A stretch of DNA of 64,000 nt from Sphingobium sp. (lineage in GTDB: Bacteria; Pseudomonadota; Alphaproteobacteria; Sphingomonadales; Sphingomonadaceae). Below the pieces are notes generated by a model. The model did not search any database and had not been told where the DNA came from. It saw only the letters and a list, made by a program, of their open reading frames with translations. The position numbers were made by a program, and so were the translations under genes. Location: NCBI GenBank assembly GCA_036384035.1, contig DASVND010000035.1:155022-219021 (forward strand), read 5' to 3'. This document shows, in pieces, positions 9,382 to 19,384 of this stretch (position 1 is the first letter of the stretch; every line of letters begins with the position of its first letter).

Positions 9382-10023
9382 TCATCGCGCGGGCGGCGGG
9401 AAGGAGCCGATAGTGTCGATATGCCAACCGCGCTGCGCGTCGGTCGATCCATCTACATCATTCACCCGGCGCAGGGTCACCGACCGCAACGCGTACCAGG
9501 GCTTCCCGGTCGCCGCGATGCGCGCATAGACCTGTACGGGAACCGTCACATAGAGCGATCCTGCAGCGCCTTCGCCATCGCCAGGCGCGTCGATATTGGC
9601 GTGAATTTCGCTGAACCCGGCAAAGCGGTGTGCGAAGGCGGCGGCGTCTTGTTGCGCATAATCGCTGCGATCCCCCCACAATTTCTGCGCTTCGCCAAAA
9701 CGCTTTTCCTCCAGCAGGCCGTAATAGCCCTGGACCAGTTGGGCCGCGCCCTGGGGACTTTTGGGGTCGATCGTCCCTTCCGTCAGTGGCACGGGCTCAT
9801 CGGGCAATCCGCCTGGCGTGCCGGGCTCGGGCGGAGACAATGGCTCCATGATGGCCTGAGCTTCCGCCTTGACGCTGTTGCCGATATCCTTCTGATCGAC
9901 GTCGTCGTCGGCAAGACCGTTGGCGGTCTCGTTCAGCACCGTGCGCTCGGTCCGGTTGCATCCCGCGAGCGCGAGCGCGCAGGCAAGGGACGCAGCCAGC
10001 CGATGTTTGGCGAGGTTCCGCAT
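9382..10023 (-). CDS. Hypothetical lipoprotein
   Basis: Lipobox LALAGC after an ATG at 10023; globular C-terminal domain (GAAGSLYVTVPV). Confidence 0.75.
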   Translation of the reverse strand: MRNLAKHRLAASLACALALAGCNRTERTVLNETANGLADDDVDQKDIGNSVKAEAQAIMEPLSPPEPGTPGGLPDEPVPLTEGTIDPKSPQGAAQLVQGYYGLLEEKRFGEAQKLWGDRSDYAQQDAAAFAHRFAGFSEIHANIDAPGDGEGAAGSLYVTVPVQVYARIAATGKPWYALRSVTLRRVNDVDGSTDAQRGWHIDTIGSFPPPAR

Positions 10024-10031
10024 AGGACGCG

Positions 10032-10673
10032 TCAGGGCCTTGACCGCCCGCCGCGCGATCGCGGCGAGGATGCGGGTGAACCCATGGGCCGGGCCTCCAT
10101 GGCGCGCTGGCGGAAACCGCCCGGGGCCGGGCCGGCGTTTTGGCCGGCATCCCGGACTGTGCGGTTTTCGGGGTTGGGCGCCGCCTGGGGCCCCGGCTGC
10201 GCCATCCCGCCATCCCGCCGCCACTGACGCCTGTCGCCGCCGCGCCAGCCTTCCGGCCTGGTTGGCGGCGTTCCCCCATCATGCCAGCCCGGACCGCGAT
10301 CCTTGTTCCGGGTTCCCGGGCGCCAGCCATTGTTCGGCCTGCCCTCATCTCCGCGATGTTCCAGCCGTCGTTGCTGCCAATAGGCGCGCTGCTGGTCCGT
10401 CCAGCGATGACGCGCACCGCGGCGGTCGTACACAAAATATCCGCCGCCTGGATAATAGAAGTCGTTGTACCAACCGCCATAGCCTCCGCCATAATAGCCG
10501 GCCGGCCCGTAATAAGGGTCATAAAAGCCGTCATTATAGGCGTAGCCCGGATAGTCGACATCCACACCGCCATAGCCGTAGCCATCGGTGGCGCAGCCGC
10601 CCAATGTCAGCATACCGGCAATTCCGGCGGCTAGCAGGACAATCCGATTCCGTTTTCGCACTATAGGAGCCAT
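10032..10673 (-). CDS. Gly/Tyr-rich hypothetical lipoprotein
   Basis: Lipobox LGGC, GY-rich block, GWYNDFYYPG motif, Arg/Gly disordered tail. AAAGGAG RBS. Confidence 0.75.
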   Translation of the reverse strand: MAPIVRKRNRIVLLAAGIAGMLTLGGCATDGYGYGGVDVDYPGYAYNDGFYDPYYGPAGYYGGGYGGWYNDFYYPGGGYFVYDRRGARHRWTDQQRAYWQQRRLEHRGDEGRPNNGWRPGTRNKDRGPGWHDGGTPPTRPEGWRGGDRRQWRRDGGMAQPGPQAAPNPENRTVRDAGQNAGPAPGGFRQRAMEARPMGSPASSPRSRGGRSRP

Positions 10674-11010
10674 GATCCGTCTCCTTTCAAACTATCGATC
10701 AGGTTGGTGGGATAACGCGCCGGAATTGAATTGGTTGTGAACGGCGCTTTGCGTCGACCAAGTGCTTGCACGGCTCTGTCCTAGGGCCCCGCTTGCGGAA
10801 GGGGCCCCAGAAACCATTGCCTCAAAGCCGCATTGGCAAGGGCAGCCCGGATTTCGGCAGCATGACCGGCATGATGGGGACGTCAGCGTAATTCGTCCAA
10901 TGGCTGGGTCATCGCCATTCAGCCGGGCAAATGGTGAAGGTGATTGCGTGTTCGCGCGCCAAGGCATTAGGAAGGATGAGCAAACCCCTCATTCCGGACC
11001 GCCCATTCGC

Positions 11011-12060
11011 ATGACCCGAGCCACCATTGCCGACGTTGCCCGCGTGGCCGGGGTATCGATCAAGACTGCATCCCGGGTTCTTAACCGCGAACCGCATGTC
11101 AGCCGGGAAAAGCAGGCGATGGTGGAGCAGGCGATGCTCACGCTCGACTATCGCCCCAGTCAGATCGCGCGAAGCCTGAAAGGCAGCCGGTCTTTCCAGA
11201 TCGCACTGCTCTACGATAATCCGAGCGCCGCCTATTTTCAGGCCATGCATGACGGCGCCAAGCGGTTATGCGACGCGTCCGGCTTTCGGTTGATGGCGCA
11301 GGCATGCGGCGTACACGCGCCGAACATGGTGAGCGAAATTGTCGCACTGGTCGACGACCTGCGGATCGAGGGGCTGATCCTGTCGCCGCCTTTGACGGAC
11401 TGCCGCCCCTTGCTGGATGCGCTGGACGCGAGACGGGTGCCATTTGTCCGTATTGCGCCGACCGTGGCGCTGGAACGCGCGGGCTTCACCCTGATGGATG
11501 ATATGTCGGCGGCCGAACAGGCGACAACCTATCTCATTTCCCTTGGCCATCGCGCGATCGGCTTTGTCCTGGGCCATCCTGATCACGGCGCGGCGGCACA
11601 GCGCTTTGAGGGATACCGGCATGCCCTGCGCAAGGCGGACCTGCCTTTCGATGACAAGCTGACGGCGCAAGGTGCTTTCACCTTCGCCTCCGGTCAGGAA
11701 GCAGGCCGTCAGTTGCTGAACAGGGCGAACCGGCCGTCGGCGATCTTTGCCTGCAACGACGATATGGCCGCGGGAGTCCTGGCCTATGCCCATGAGGCGG
11801 GGATCGAGGTCCCGGGTGACCTTTCCATCATGGGTTTCGACGATAATCAAATCGCACGGATGATATGGCCGCCGCTGACGACTGTCCGTCAGCCCGTGCA
11901 GGCGCTCGCCTATGGCGCGGCGCGGCTACTGATCGACCGCCTTGAAACCGGGCATGATGCGACGATGACGTTCGATTTCGAACTGATAGAGCGCGGGTCC
12001 ACCTGTCATGCTGCGCCGCAACAAAACAGTTCTGGACATGCGCCCGTAAAGACCGCCTAA
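11011..12060 (+). CDS. LacI-family transcriptional regulator
   Basis: TIADVARVAGVSIKTASRVLN HTH; PSAIFACNDDMA; PPLTTVRQP. Confidence 0.93.
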   Translation: MTRATIADVARVAGVSIKTASRVLNREPHVSREKQAMVEQAMLTLDYRPSQIARSLKGSRSFQIALLYDNPSAAYFQAMHDGAKRLCDASGFRLMAQACGVHAPNMVSEIVALVDDLRIEGLILSPPLTDCRPLLDALDARRVPFVRIAPTVALERAGFTLMDDMSAAEQATTYLISLGHRAIGFVLGHPDHGAAAQRFEGYRHALRKADLPFDDKLTAQGAFTFASGQEAGRQLLNRANRPSAIFACNDDMAAGVLAYAHEAGIEVPGDLSIMGFDDNQIARMIWPPLTTVRQPVQALAYGAARLLIDRLETGHDATMTFDFELIERGSTCHAAPQQNSSGHAPVKTA

Positions 12061-12117
12061 TCCCCGCTTGGGATGCGCAGTATCGTCCTGCCGCCTCGCA
12101 ATGGACCCTTGCCCCGA

Positions 12118-13275
12118 TTAGTCCGGGAGCGTTTCCCGAAACCGGGCGAGACATTCGATTGCGGCATCGAGTGTAGCGTCCGATTTGCAGAAGCAGAAGC
12201 GCACGATGCTGCGAACCGGCTGTTTGACGTAGAAACTGGATACGGGAATTGCGACCACTCCCGCCTCCTGCACGATCCGCTCGCAGAAGGTCACGTCGTC
12301 GAGCACGATGCCCGACGCAGACAGGTCGGCGGACAAGAACCATGTGGCTGCGCTCGGCAGCATCTTATAGCCTGCCGAAGAGAGGCCCGCCGAGAGGCGA
12401 TCGCGGGAACGCTGATAATCCGCGCGCATCGCGGCGAACCATCCATCTTCCTTGCCCAACCCCTCCACGACCGCCCATTGCAGGTTGGGCGGCGTGGTGA
12501 AGGTCAGAAACTGGTGCGCCCGCGCCAGCACGGTCGCCAGGCGGGGGGCTGCGCACATCCATCCCACCTTCCACCCCGTGACCGAGAAGATTTTTCCGGC
12601 CGAGCCGATCTTCACTGTCCGCTCCCGCATGCCCGGCAGGCCGATCAGCGGGATATGGCGGCGGTCATCGAAGATGACATGCTCCCATACCTCGTCACAC
12701 ACGGCGATCAGGTCGTGCCGGATGCAGGCATCGGCGATGCTCGCCAGTTCCTCGGCGCCCGCCATGGCACCGGCGGGGTTCAGAGGGGAGTTCAGCAGCA
12801 ACAGGCGGGTTGCCGGCGTGATCGCCCGTTCCAGCGCTTCGGCGGTAATCCGCCAGTGGGGTGGTTCCAGCGTCAACAGCCGGGCGATTCCGCCCGCCCG
12901 CTCAACCAGCGGCAGATAGGCGTCGTAGAGCGGCTGGATCAGCACCACCTCATCCCCGGGGGAAATCAGCGCCAGCAACGTCGCCGCAAGTGCCTCCGTC
13001 GCGCCGGACGTGACGATCACTTCGTTCGGCGTCAGGTCGAGGTTCTGATACCGCGCATAATGATCGGCAACCGCACGGCGCAGTTCCGGCAGTCCGGCCA
13101 TAGGGGGATATTGGTTTGACCGCTCGACCAGTGCCCTCGCCGCAGCCTCCAATATTTCCGGCGGCCCGGAATGTTCGGGAAACCCTTGGCCGAGGTTGAT
13201 CGCGCCGGTTTCCCGGGCGATCGCCGACATCTTTTCAAAGATTGTCGTCCCCATTTTGGCATAGGTGGGGTTCAT
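12118..13275 (-). CDS. PLP-dependent class I aminotransferase (YbdL/kynurenine aminotransferase-like)
   Basis: AINLGQGFP, NSPLNPAG, DEVWE, SAGKIFSVTGWKVGW. Confidence 0.9.
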   Translation of the reverse strand: MNPTYAKMGTTIFEKMSAIARETGAINLGQGFPEHSGPPEILEAAARALVERSNQYPPMAGLPELRRAVADHYARYQNLDLTPNEVIVTSGATEALAATLLALISPGDEVVLIQPLYDAYLPLVERAGGIARLLTLEPPHWRITAEALERAITPATRLLLLNSPLNPAGAMAGAEELASIADACIRHDLIAVCDEVWEHVIFDDRRHIPLIGLPGMRERTVKIGSAGKIFSVTGWKVGWMCAAPRLATVLARAHQFLTFTTPPNLQWAVVEGLGKEDGWFAAMRADYQRSRDRLSAGLSSAGYKMLPSAATWFLSADLSASGIVLDDVTFCERIVQEAGVVAIPVSSFYVKQPVRSIVRFCFCKSDATLDAAIECLARFRETLPD

Positions 13276-13656
13276 CGCCCCACCTCGCCGTTTACATGTC
13301 CCGTTAAAGGCCCAGCCGTTTCCAGAAATCCTCCGGGCGGATCGTGACGCCAGCCTGCATTTGCGGCGTGCGCGACCATGAGGAATGGGGGATGGTAATG
13401 CGGACGTCGTCGCGGCGCGACGGTTTGGCTTTTCTGCGAATGGTCATCGTCTTCTCCTGTCTGCAGGAAACACGAAACCGGGCGTAGTCGCTTTGGTGCC
13501 GTGCGCTTTAGCCGTTGGTGACGCGGAGCAAGCTGTCCTTCAAAAGCCGCGGAGCATGTGCTCGATGATTTATCTATGGTTATCGTAGAGATATGTCGAT
13601 CAAGCATTGATATGGCGTGCCTTAGATTTACTTGCCCCAAATCGGACGCAATAGGG

Positions 13657-15063
13657 TCAGTTCGCGTTCGCGGACGATCTGCGACCCACCCAAACCACAT
13701 AGAGGATCAGGCCGACTGCGTTCCATAGAAGGAAGAAATTGTGGGTCTGCGATGGCAGGCTCATGAACAGATAGGCGCAGCCGATGATCGCGCCCGGTCC
13801 GACGAGCCAGGGCAGTGGCGAACGGAAGAGGCGCGGCGCTTCCGGCGATCGACGACGCAGGACGAGCATGCAGGTGGCGACCGCGATAAAGGCGACGAGC
13901 GTGCCGGCATTGGCGAGCGCGGCGATCTGATCAAGCGGGACGAGGCCGGCAAGAATGCCCACGATCACGGCCGTCAGCACCGTGATTCGTATCGGCGTGC
14001 CGGTTCGCGCATTGACCTTCGCCAGCGCAGCGGGAAGTAATCCGTCCCGCGCCATGACGAAGAAGATCCGGCTCTGCCCGTACAGGAACGCCAGGATCAC
14101 CGTGGGCAGGGCAATGACCGCTGCCGCGCCGATGATCGCCGCCGTGCCGCCTTGACCCAGTTGTCGCAGGATCAGCGCCAGCGGCTCGGGGCTGTTGGCA
14201 TAGACGGTATAGGACATGGACCCGACCGCTACCGCCGCCACGCCGACATAGACCAGTGTGCAGACGGCCAGCGATCCGATGATGCCGATCGGCAGATCCC
14301 GCCCCGGCCGCTTGGCTTCCTCCGCAGCGGTGGAAATGGCGTCGAAGCCATAAAAGGCGAAGAAGATGATCGCCGCTGCCGCCATGACGCCGCGCTGCAC
14401 GCCATCCACATCATGCTTGGCAAAGCCATAGGGCATGAACGGCTTGAAGTGGGAAGCGTCGAAGTGCGGGAGCGCCACGATCACGAAGATCAGGAGTGCC
14501 ACGATCTTTACCAGCACCAGCACCGCGTTGACGGTAGCGCTTTCCTTCGTACCCAATGCCAGCAGGCCGGCGACAACGCCGACGATCAGCATCGCGGGGA
14601 TATTGATGATGCCGCCTGCATGCGGCCCCGCTGTCATGGCTAGGGGCAGGTCGACGCCGACCGAGTGCAGGAAGCCGACCGCGTAGCCGGACCAACCCAC
14701 CGCGACTGCGCTCACGACCAGGGAATATTCGAGGATCAGGCTCCAGCCCACGACCCAGGCGATGATCTCGCCCAGTACGACATAGCTGTATGTATAGGCA
14801 CTGCCCGATGCCGGAATCATCGTTGCGACCTCGGCATAGGCGAGCGCCGCGCAGGCGCAAATGGCGCCGGCGATCAGGAAAGAGAGGGTAACGGCGGGGC
14901 CGGCCAGGTTGGCACCGACGCCCACCAGCGTGTAGATGCCGGTGCCGACAATCGCGCCGACGCCGAGCGCAACCAGATGCCACCAGCTAAGCGTCGGGTT
15001 GAGGCGGTGGTGGCTGGCCAGACTGTCGAGCCCGACCGCCTTGCGCCGCATCCAGTTCTTCAT
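13657..15063 (-). CDS. Amino acid permease (APC superfamily, CAT-like)
   Basis: LGVGAIVGTGIY, SGSAYTYSY, FFAFYGFDAISTAAEE; about 12 TM helices. Confidence 0.93.
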   Translation of the reverse strand: MKNWMRRKAVGLDSLASHHRLNPTLSWWHLVALGVGAIVGTGIYTLVGVGANLAGPAVTLSFLIAGAICACAALAYAEVATMIPASGSAYTYSYVVLGEIIAWVVGWSLILEYSLVVSAVAVGWSGYAVGFLHSVGVDLPLAMTAGPHAGGIINIPAMLIVGVVAGLLALGTKESATVNAVLVLVKIVALLIFVIVALPHFDASHFKPFMPYGFAKHDVDGVQRGVMAAAAIIFFAFYGFDAISTAAEEAKRPGRDLPIGIIGSLAVCTLVYVGVAAVAVGSMSYTVYANSPEPLALILRQLGQGGTAAIIGAAAVIALPTVILAFLYGQSRIFFVMARDGLLPAALAKVNARTGTPIRITVLTAVIVGILAGLVPLDQIAALANAGTLVAFIAVATCMLVLRRRSPEAPRLFRSPLPWLVGPGAIIGCAYLFMSLPSQTHNFFLLWNAVGLILYVVWVGRRSSANAN

Positions 15064-15109
15064 GTCCCTGTCCCTCCCCGACTGCCGGAAAGGGAGTGTA
15101 GGATCGAAA

Positions 15110-16783
15110 TCAGGCGGTGACCAGAGTCTCGCCGGCGCGCGCCGCCTTCACGGCCGGCGACTGGAGGTCGCGTTTTATCTGATCGGCGACGCGGATCGAC
15201 ATGGCGACGATCGACAGTGTCGGGTTGGCATAGCCGCCGGTCGGGAACACGCTCGATCCGGAGATCATCAGATTGTCGACGCCATGCACGCGGCATTGCG
15301 CATCCACGACGCCCTTTGTGGGGTCGTCATGCATCCGCGTCGCGCCGATGAAGTGGGTCGTGGAACTGGTCTTGACCTCGACTGGGTCCTGGACCGCGAA
15401 TTCGCCGATGCCGCTCTTGCGGATTTCGCGCGCCATAATCTGCTGTGATCGGCGGATCATATCCATCTCCGCGTCATTCCAGGTGCAATGGATTTCGACG
15501 CGGCGGTTGCCAAGCGCATCGCGTTCCTTGCCAAGCAGGATGCGGTTGTCGCGGCGAGGCGGCTGCTCGACCTGATGCAGCACTTCGAAATGGTCGAACT
15601 CTTCCGATGGCTTCTCCCGTTTGGACCATCCACCGACGCCCAGGTGTGAAATCGGCGCAAACAGGCGATCGTAGAATTGCCGGCCGATGCCGTCGACGCC
15701 CTTCGCCGCAGTGAACAGGTCGACGACGCGAAACTTGCCGCGCTTCTGCATGGCGGCGCGCAGGCGCTGTGACGCCTGGAACCCGGCTTCGCGGCGCGCA
15801 CCCATGCTGCGTCGCGGGAACAGGATGCCGCTCATGTTGAGGCACTGTTCGGCGCGGATGACGTCGTCGGTCAACTGCAGGTGACCCATGGCGGACAGGC
15901 CGTCGATGCGCCGGAGGTCATAGATCGCCATCCGGTCGATCATGTTGCGCGAAGCGGGGGTGAAGGTCCCCCCGAACAGCAACGGATGATCCATGAAATA
16001 GCGGCCGACCATATCATGCCCGTTGCCGATGCCGTTCTGCTGCCGATCGGTTGACGCCAGCAGGAGTTGCGGCGTTGCAAGACCACCCTGCGCCAATATG
16101 AACATGTCGGCCTCGAACGTGATGGCATGGCCCGGTGCGGTGACTGTCCGGACGGCGGTGATACGCTTGCCGCTCTCGTCCATGTCCAGCTTCGTCGCTG
16201 TGGCGTTGTAATAAACGGTGATGTCCCTGGATGCGTCGATCGCCGCACGATAGGTTTCCAGGATCATGTTCTTGTAGGCGAAGTGGAACATGCCGGTGCG
16301 CAGGCCAGAGCCCTCCAGCGCCAATGCGCTGGTTTCCGCGCTTTCCCAGTCAACGGGCGTATAGCTGCGTGATTCCATGCCGAACCAGGTTTGGGCCCGG
16401 TCATAATAGGGGGTCATGTCGGCCAGCGAAATCGGCCAGCCGCTGTCGGCGATTTCCGGACGCGCCTCGAAATCCGCGGCTGTCATAGGGAGCAGGCGCA
16501 GATGATTGGGGCCAAGGCCGGCATTCACGTGCCACAGATTGCCGTTGCCGCCGAACTGCCGATGGGTCCAAATACCGCGATGATCGGGAAAAACGGAGGT
16601 CCTGGCCGGCTGGCCCAGATCGCTGGCATCCTTGTCGAGCCCGCCACTCTCAAGGATGGAAACCTTGATGCCGGCATTAAGCAACTCTGTCGCCAGGGCT
16701 ACGCCGGCAGGACCGGACCCGACTATGCAGATGGTGGAGCGAACGACGCTGTTTTGATCGAGGGCTTTGGCATCAACGAACAT
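15110..16783 (-). CDS. GMC-family FAD-dependent oxidoreductase
   Basis: IVGSGPAG FAD fold; VGRYFMDHP; H..G.TRM...GVVD; SSVFPTGGYANPTLSI. Confidence 0.88.
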   Translation of the reverse strand: MFVDAKALDQNSVVRSTICIVGSGPAGVALATELLNAGIKVSILESGGLDKDASDLGQPARTSVFPDHRGIWTHRQFGGNGNLWHVNAGLGPNHLRLLPMTAADFEARPEIADSGWPISLADMTPYYDRAQTWFGMESRSYTPVDWESAETSALALEGSGLRTGMFHFAYKNMILETYRAAIDASRDITVYYNATATKLDMDESGKRITAVRTVTAPGHAITFEADMFILAQGGLATPQLLLASTDRQQNGIGNGHDMVGRYFMDHPLLFGGTFTPASRNMIDRMAIYDLRRIDGLSAMGHLQLTDDVIRAEQCLNMSGILFPRRSMGARREAGFQASQRLRAAMQKRGKFRVVDLFTAAKGVDGIGRQFYDRLFAPISHLGVGGWSKREKPSEEFDHFEVLHQVEQPPRRDNRILLGKERDALGNRRVEIHCTWNDAEMDMIRRSQQIMAREIRKSGIGEFAVQDPVEVKTSSTTHFIGATRMHDDPTKGVVDAQCRVHGVDNLMISGSSVFPTGGYANPTLSIVAMSIRVADQIKRDLQSPAVKAARAGETLVTA

Positions 16784-17736
16784 GAACTGGCTCCTCCGGG
16801 CGTTCAGCCCGGCCTATGCGATTTCCAAACCGGCATCCCCCACCAGGCGTGCCATTCCCGCTGCAATATCGTCTCTCAGATGCGACGCCCCCGCGTGCGA
16901 ATCGATCGACTTTCTGATCGGAGGCGGCAAAGCAGAACCGTGTCCCGGCGCTGCTTTACGACGGCTCGGACAAGAATAACGAAAAACAGACAAAGAGACC
17001 ATGTGGCCATAAGCGGAAAATCAGATGCTGCAGGCATTGCGTGCAAGGCATCAACATTCAGTAAACCGATCCGTTCCTGCGAGTCCTGAAAGGCAAAAAT
17101 ACAGAATGTTTTAAGCCCGACAGTCAAAAGCCCAGCAACAAGCCACGCTATCTCATGCGTGCCTTTCGCAAGGTCAGTCAGCAACGAAATGTGATACTTC
17201 AGCAAAGCCATACGATTCCTTGACTTGGGTTATTAGTCCACAACGTTTTGACAAATTGCAAATGACAAACGCGATAAACGGGGCGAAAGGCGGCTTTGTC
17301 TCTTTCCGGGAATGTCTTGAAAATTAACGCCTGCGCCGGCCGCATCCGCGCATATGGATTTTTCGGCATCGGTCGGCCCGTCCAGCGCTTGCCGCAGCGC
17401 AGCAAAAAACTGATGTAAATCAATATTTCCGCTTTGTTTCGCAGTGGATCGTCCGCTGTCATATCCTATGCGGGCCAGCGCCAGGGGCATCGTCAGCCGC
17501 TGGGGGAATATTGCGGCAATCATTCTGGCGCTGGCGCCTATGCCGAAAATTTCTCGATAATGTGAATGGATTCTCGTGACCTGAAAGAGCGAATCGCGCC
17601 CTGTTTCACCCCGCCAGCGTTTACTGCCTTGTCGCGAGACGTTAGGGCGTCGCATCCATGAGCGCGTTCGAGGGCATGTTGTGAAGGTCGCGGTCAAAGA
17701 CGGAAACGCGGAACGGTTCGTGGCGGTCTTGGCACA

Positions 17737-19359
17737 ATGACGGTTTCGGTGCGGTCCATTTGCACGCAATGCAGCGTCGGATGCGGGATCATCGCGCATC
17801 CGACGGATGTCCGGTCGGTCAAAGTGGAAGGGGACGCACGGCATCCTGCCAATCGCGGTGCGCTGTGCCATCGGGCCGAACAGCCGGAAGGAACGGCGGC
17901 TCTGGACGGCAGGCGGCTTTATCCGGAAATCCAAGGAAAGCGGGCGACCTGGGACCGGGCCGTCACATATATCGCCAAACGACTGTCCGACATCATTGGG
18001 CGACATGGTCCACAGGCAGTCGCATTGCGGATATCGGACCAGTTGCTCACCGAAGACTATTATGTCGCCAATAAGATGATGAAGGGCTTCATCGGCTCGG
18101 CGGATGTTTGTGCCGGAGGGGTTGCCGCGCCGTTTGCCGATCGGCTTGTCTACAGCCTGGGCGAAGATGTCGCGCCGGCGACCGGCGATGATCTCGACTG
18201 GGCGGAACTGATTGTCGTCGTCGGGGAGCATGTGGAGGAAAGCCTGCCTATCGTCTGGCAGAGGATCATGACGGCGCGGGAGGAGAATGACGCTAAGGTC
18301 GTCGTCATCGGAACGAGCAAGCCGGAGCAAGAGTCCGCCATTGACCTGTCCCTGACAATCCGTCCGGGCATGGGCGAGGTGTTGATGACCGGCCTGCTCG
18401 CATTTTCGCGCCGGGCGGGGATTGTCGACAGGGCGTTCCTCGACGCGCATGTCGTGGTTCCTGGCGGGTTCTGGGACGCGCTGGAGGAAGGGCATGACCT
18501 GTGGTCGACGGCGCGGGCGTGCGATCTCGCGCCGGCCGATCTTCAGGCATTCTACGACCTGTTCGCCGCCCATCCCCGGACCGTCATGCTGTTCGACGAT
18601 CCGGGGCTGACGGCGGCGATCGTCAATGCGCATCTGGCGACCGGGCGGATCGGCAAGCCGGGGGCGGGGCCGTTTCCGCTGGTGTCGGCCTGTAACGCGA
18701 TGGGCGCGCGGGAGGTTGGCGCATCGCCCGACGTGCTGGCGGCGCATATGGATTTTACTGCGGAGCATATCGCGCTGACCAGCCGCTTCTGGGGGGCGGT
18801 GAACATGGTCGAGCGGGGCGGGAAGTTCTCGGCGAAATTGGGCATAGTCGAGGGGGTGAAGGCGCTGTGGGTTGTTGGAGATTTCCTACAGCCCGAAGAT
18901 ATCGAGGCCGTAAGGGCGGCGCGCGCGTCGGGCGTCTTCGTCGTCTATTCAGGCAGCCGGGCGATAGACGGGCTGGCGGACGTGAGCCTGCCGTCACCCG
19001 GCTGGGGCGAGCGCAACGGCACGATGACGGGGTATGACCGGATGATCAGCCGCCTGCGGCCGCTATTCCCCACGCCGGGCGAGGCGAGGCCCGATTGGTG
19101 GGCGATGACGCGGGTCGCCCGCGCCATGGGCTGGCGGGACGCCTTCTATTTCGATCATCCCGCCGACGTGTATCGCGAGCATGCGCGGCTTTCGGCCTAT
19201 CGCAACGAAGGCGCGCGCCTGTTCGACATCCGCCGGCACGCGGCGATATCCAACCCGGCCTATGACGAGATGACGTCCTGGCGCTGGGGCGGCGCGCCGT
19301 TCACCGGCGGCCGCTTCCAGACGCCGGACGGAAAGGCGCGGCTGACGCCCGCGCGTTAG
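17737..19359 (+). CDS. Molybdopterin oxidoreductase-family protein; truncated, degenerate assimilatory nitrate reductase (NasA-like) paralogue
   Basis: CTQCSVGC...C Fe-S motif; QLLTEDYYVANKMMKGFIG; NAHLATGRIGKPGAGPF; NAMGARE. Only 540 aa. Confidence 0.8.
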   Translation: MTVSVRSICTQCSVGCGIIAHPTDVRSVKVEGDARHPANRGALCHRAEQPEGTAALDGRRLYPEIQGKRATWDRAVTYIAKRLSDIIGRHGPQAVALRISDQLLTEDYYVANKMMKGFIGSADVCAGGVAAPFADRLVYSLGEDVAPATGDDLDWAELIVVVGEHVEESLPIVWQRIMTAREENDAKVVVIGTSKPEQESAIDLSLTIRPGMGEVLMTGLLAFSRRAGIVDRAFLDAHVVVPGGFWDALEEGHDLWSTARACDLAPADLQAFYDLFAAHPRTVMLFDDPGLTAAIVNAHLATGRIGKPGAGPFPLVSACNAMGAREVGASPDVLAAHMDFTAEHIALTSRFWGAVNMVERGGKFSAKLGIVEGVKALWVVGDFLQPEDIEAVRAARASGVFVVYSGSRAIDGLADVSLPSPGWGERNGTMTGYDRMISRLRPLFPTPGEARPDWWAMTRVARAMGWRDAFYFDHPADVYREHARLSAYRNEGARLFDIRRHAAISNPAYDEMTSWRWGGAPFTGGRFQTPDGKARLTPAR

Positions 19360-19384
19360 AACGCCTTTCCGGGCGCAGCAGAAA

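Noticed and set aside
13272-13700. 142-aa ORF bridging the permease and the aminotransferase
   Set aside because: It overlaps the permease end and has no recognisable features; more likely promoter sequence.
16814-17462. Short ORFs in the AT-rich intergenic region
   Set aside because: No motifs, atypical codon usage and no convincing RBS.
17233-18768. Long antisense ORFs (also 31362-32789, 33680-35041, 52783-54261, 61521-63125 and others)
   Set aside because: These are typical stop-poor shadow frames opposite real high-GC genes, with no motifs.
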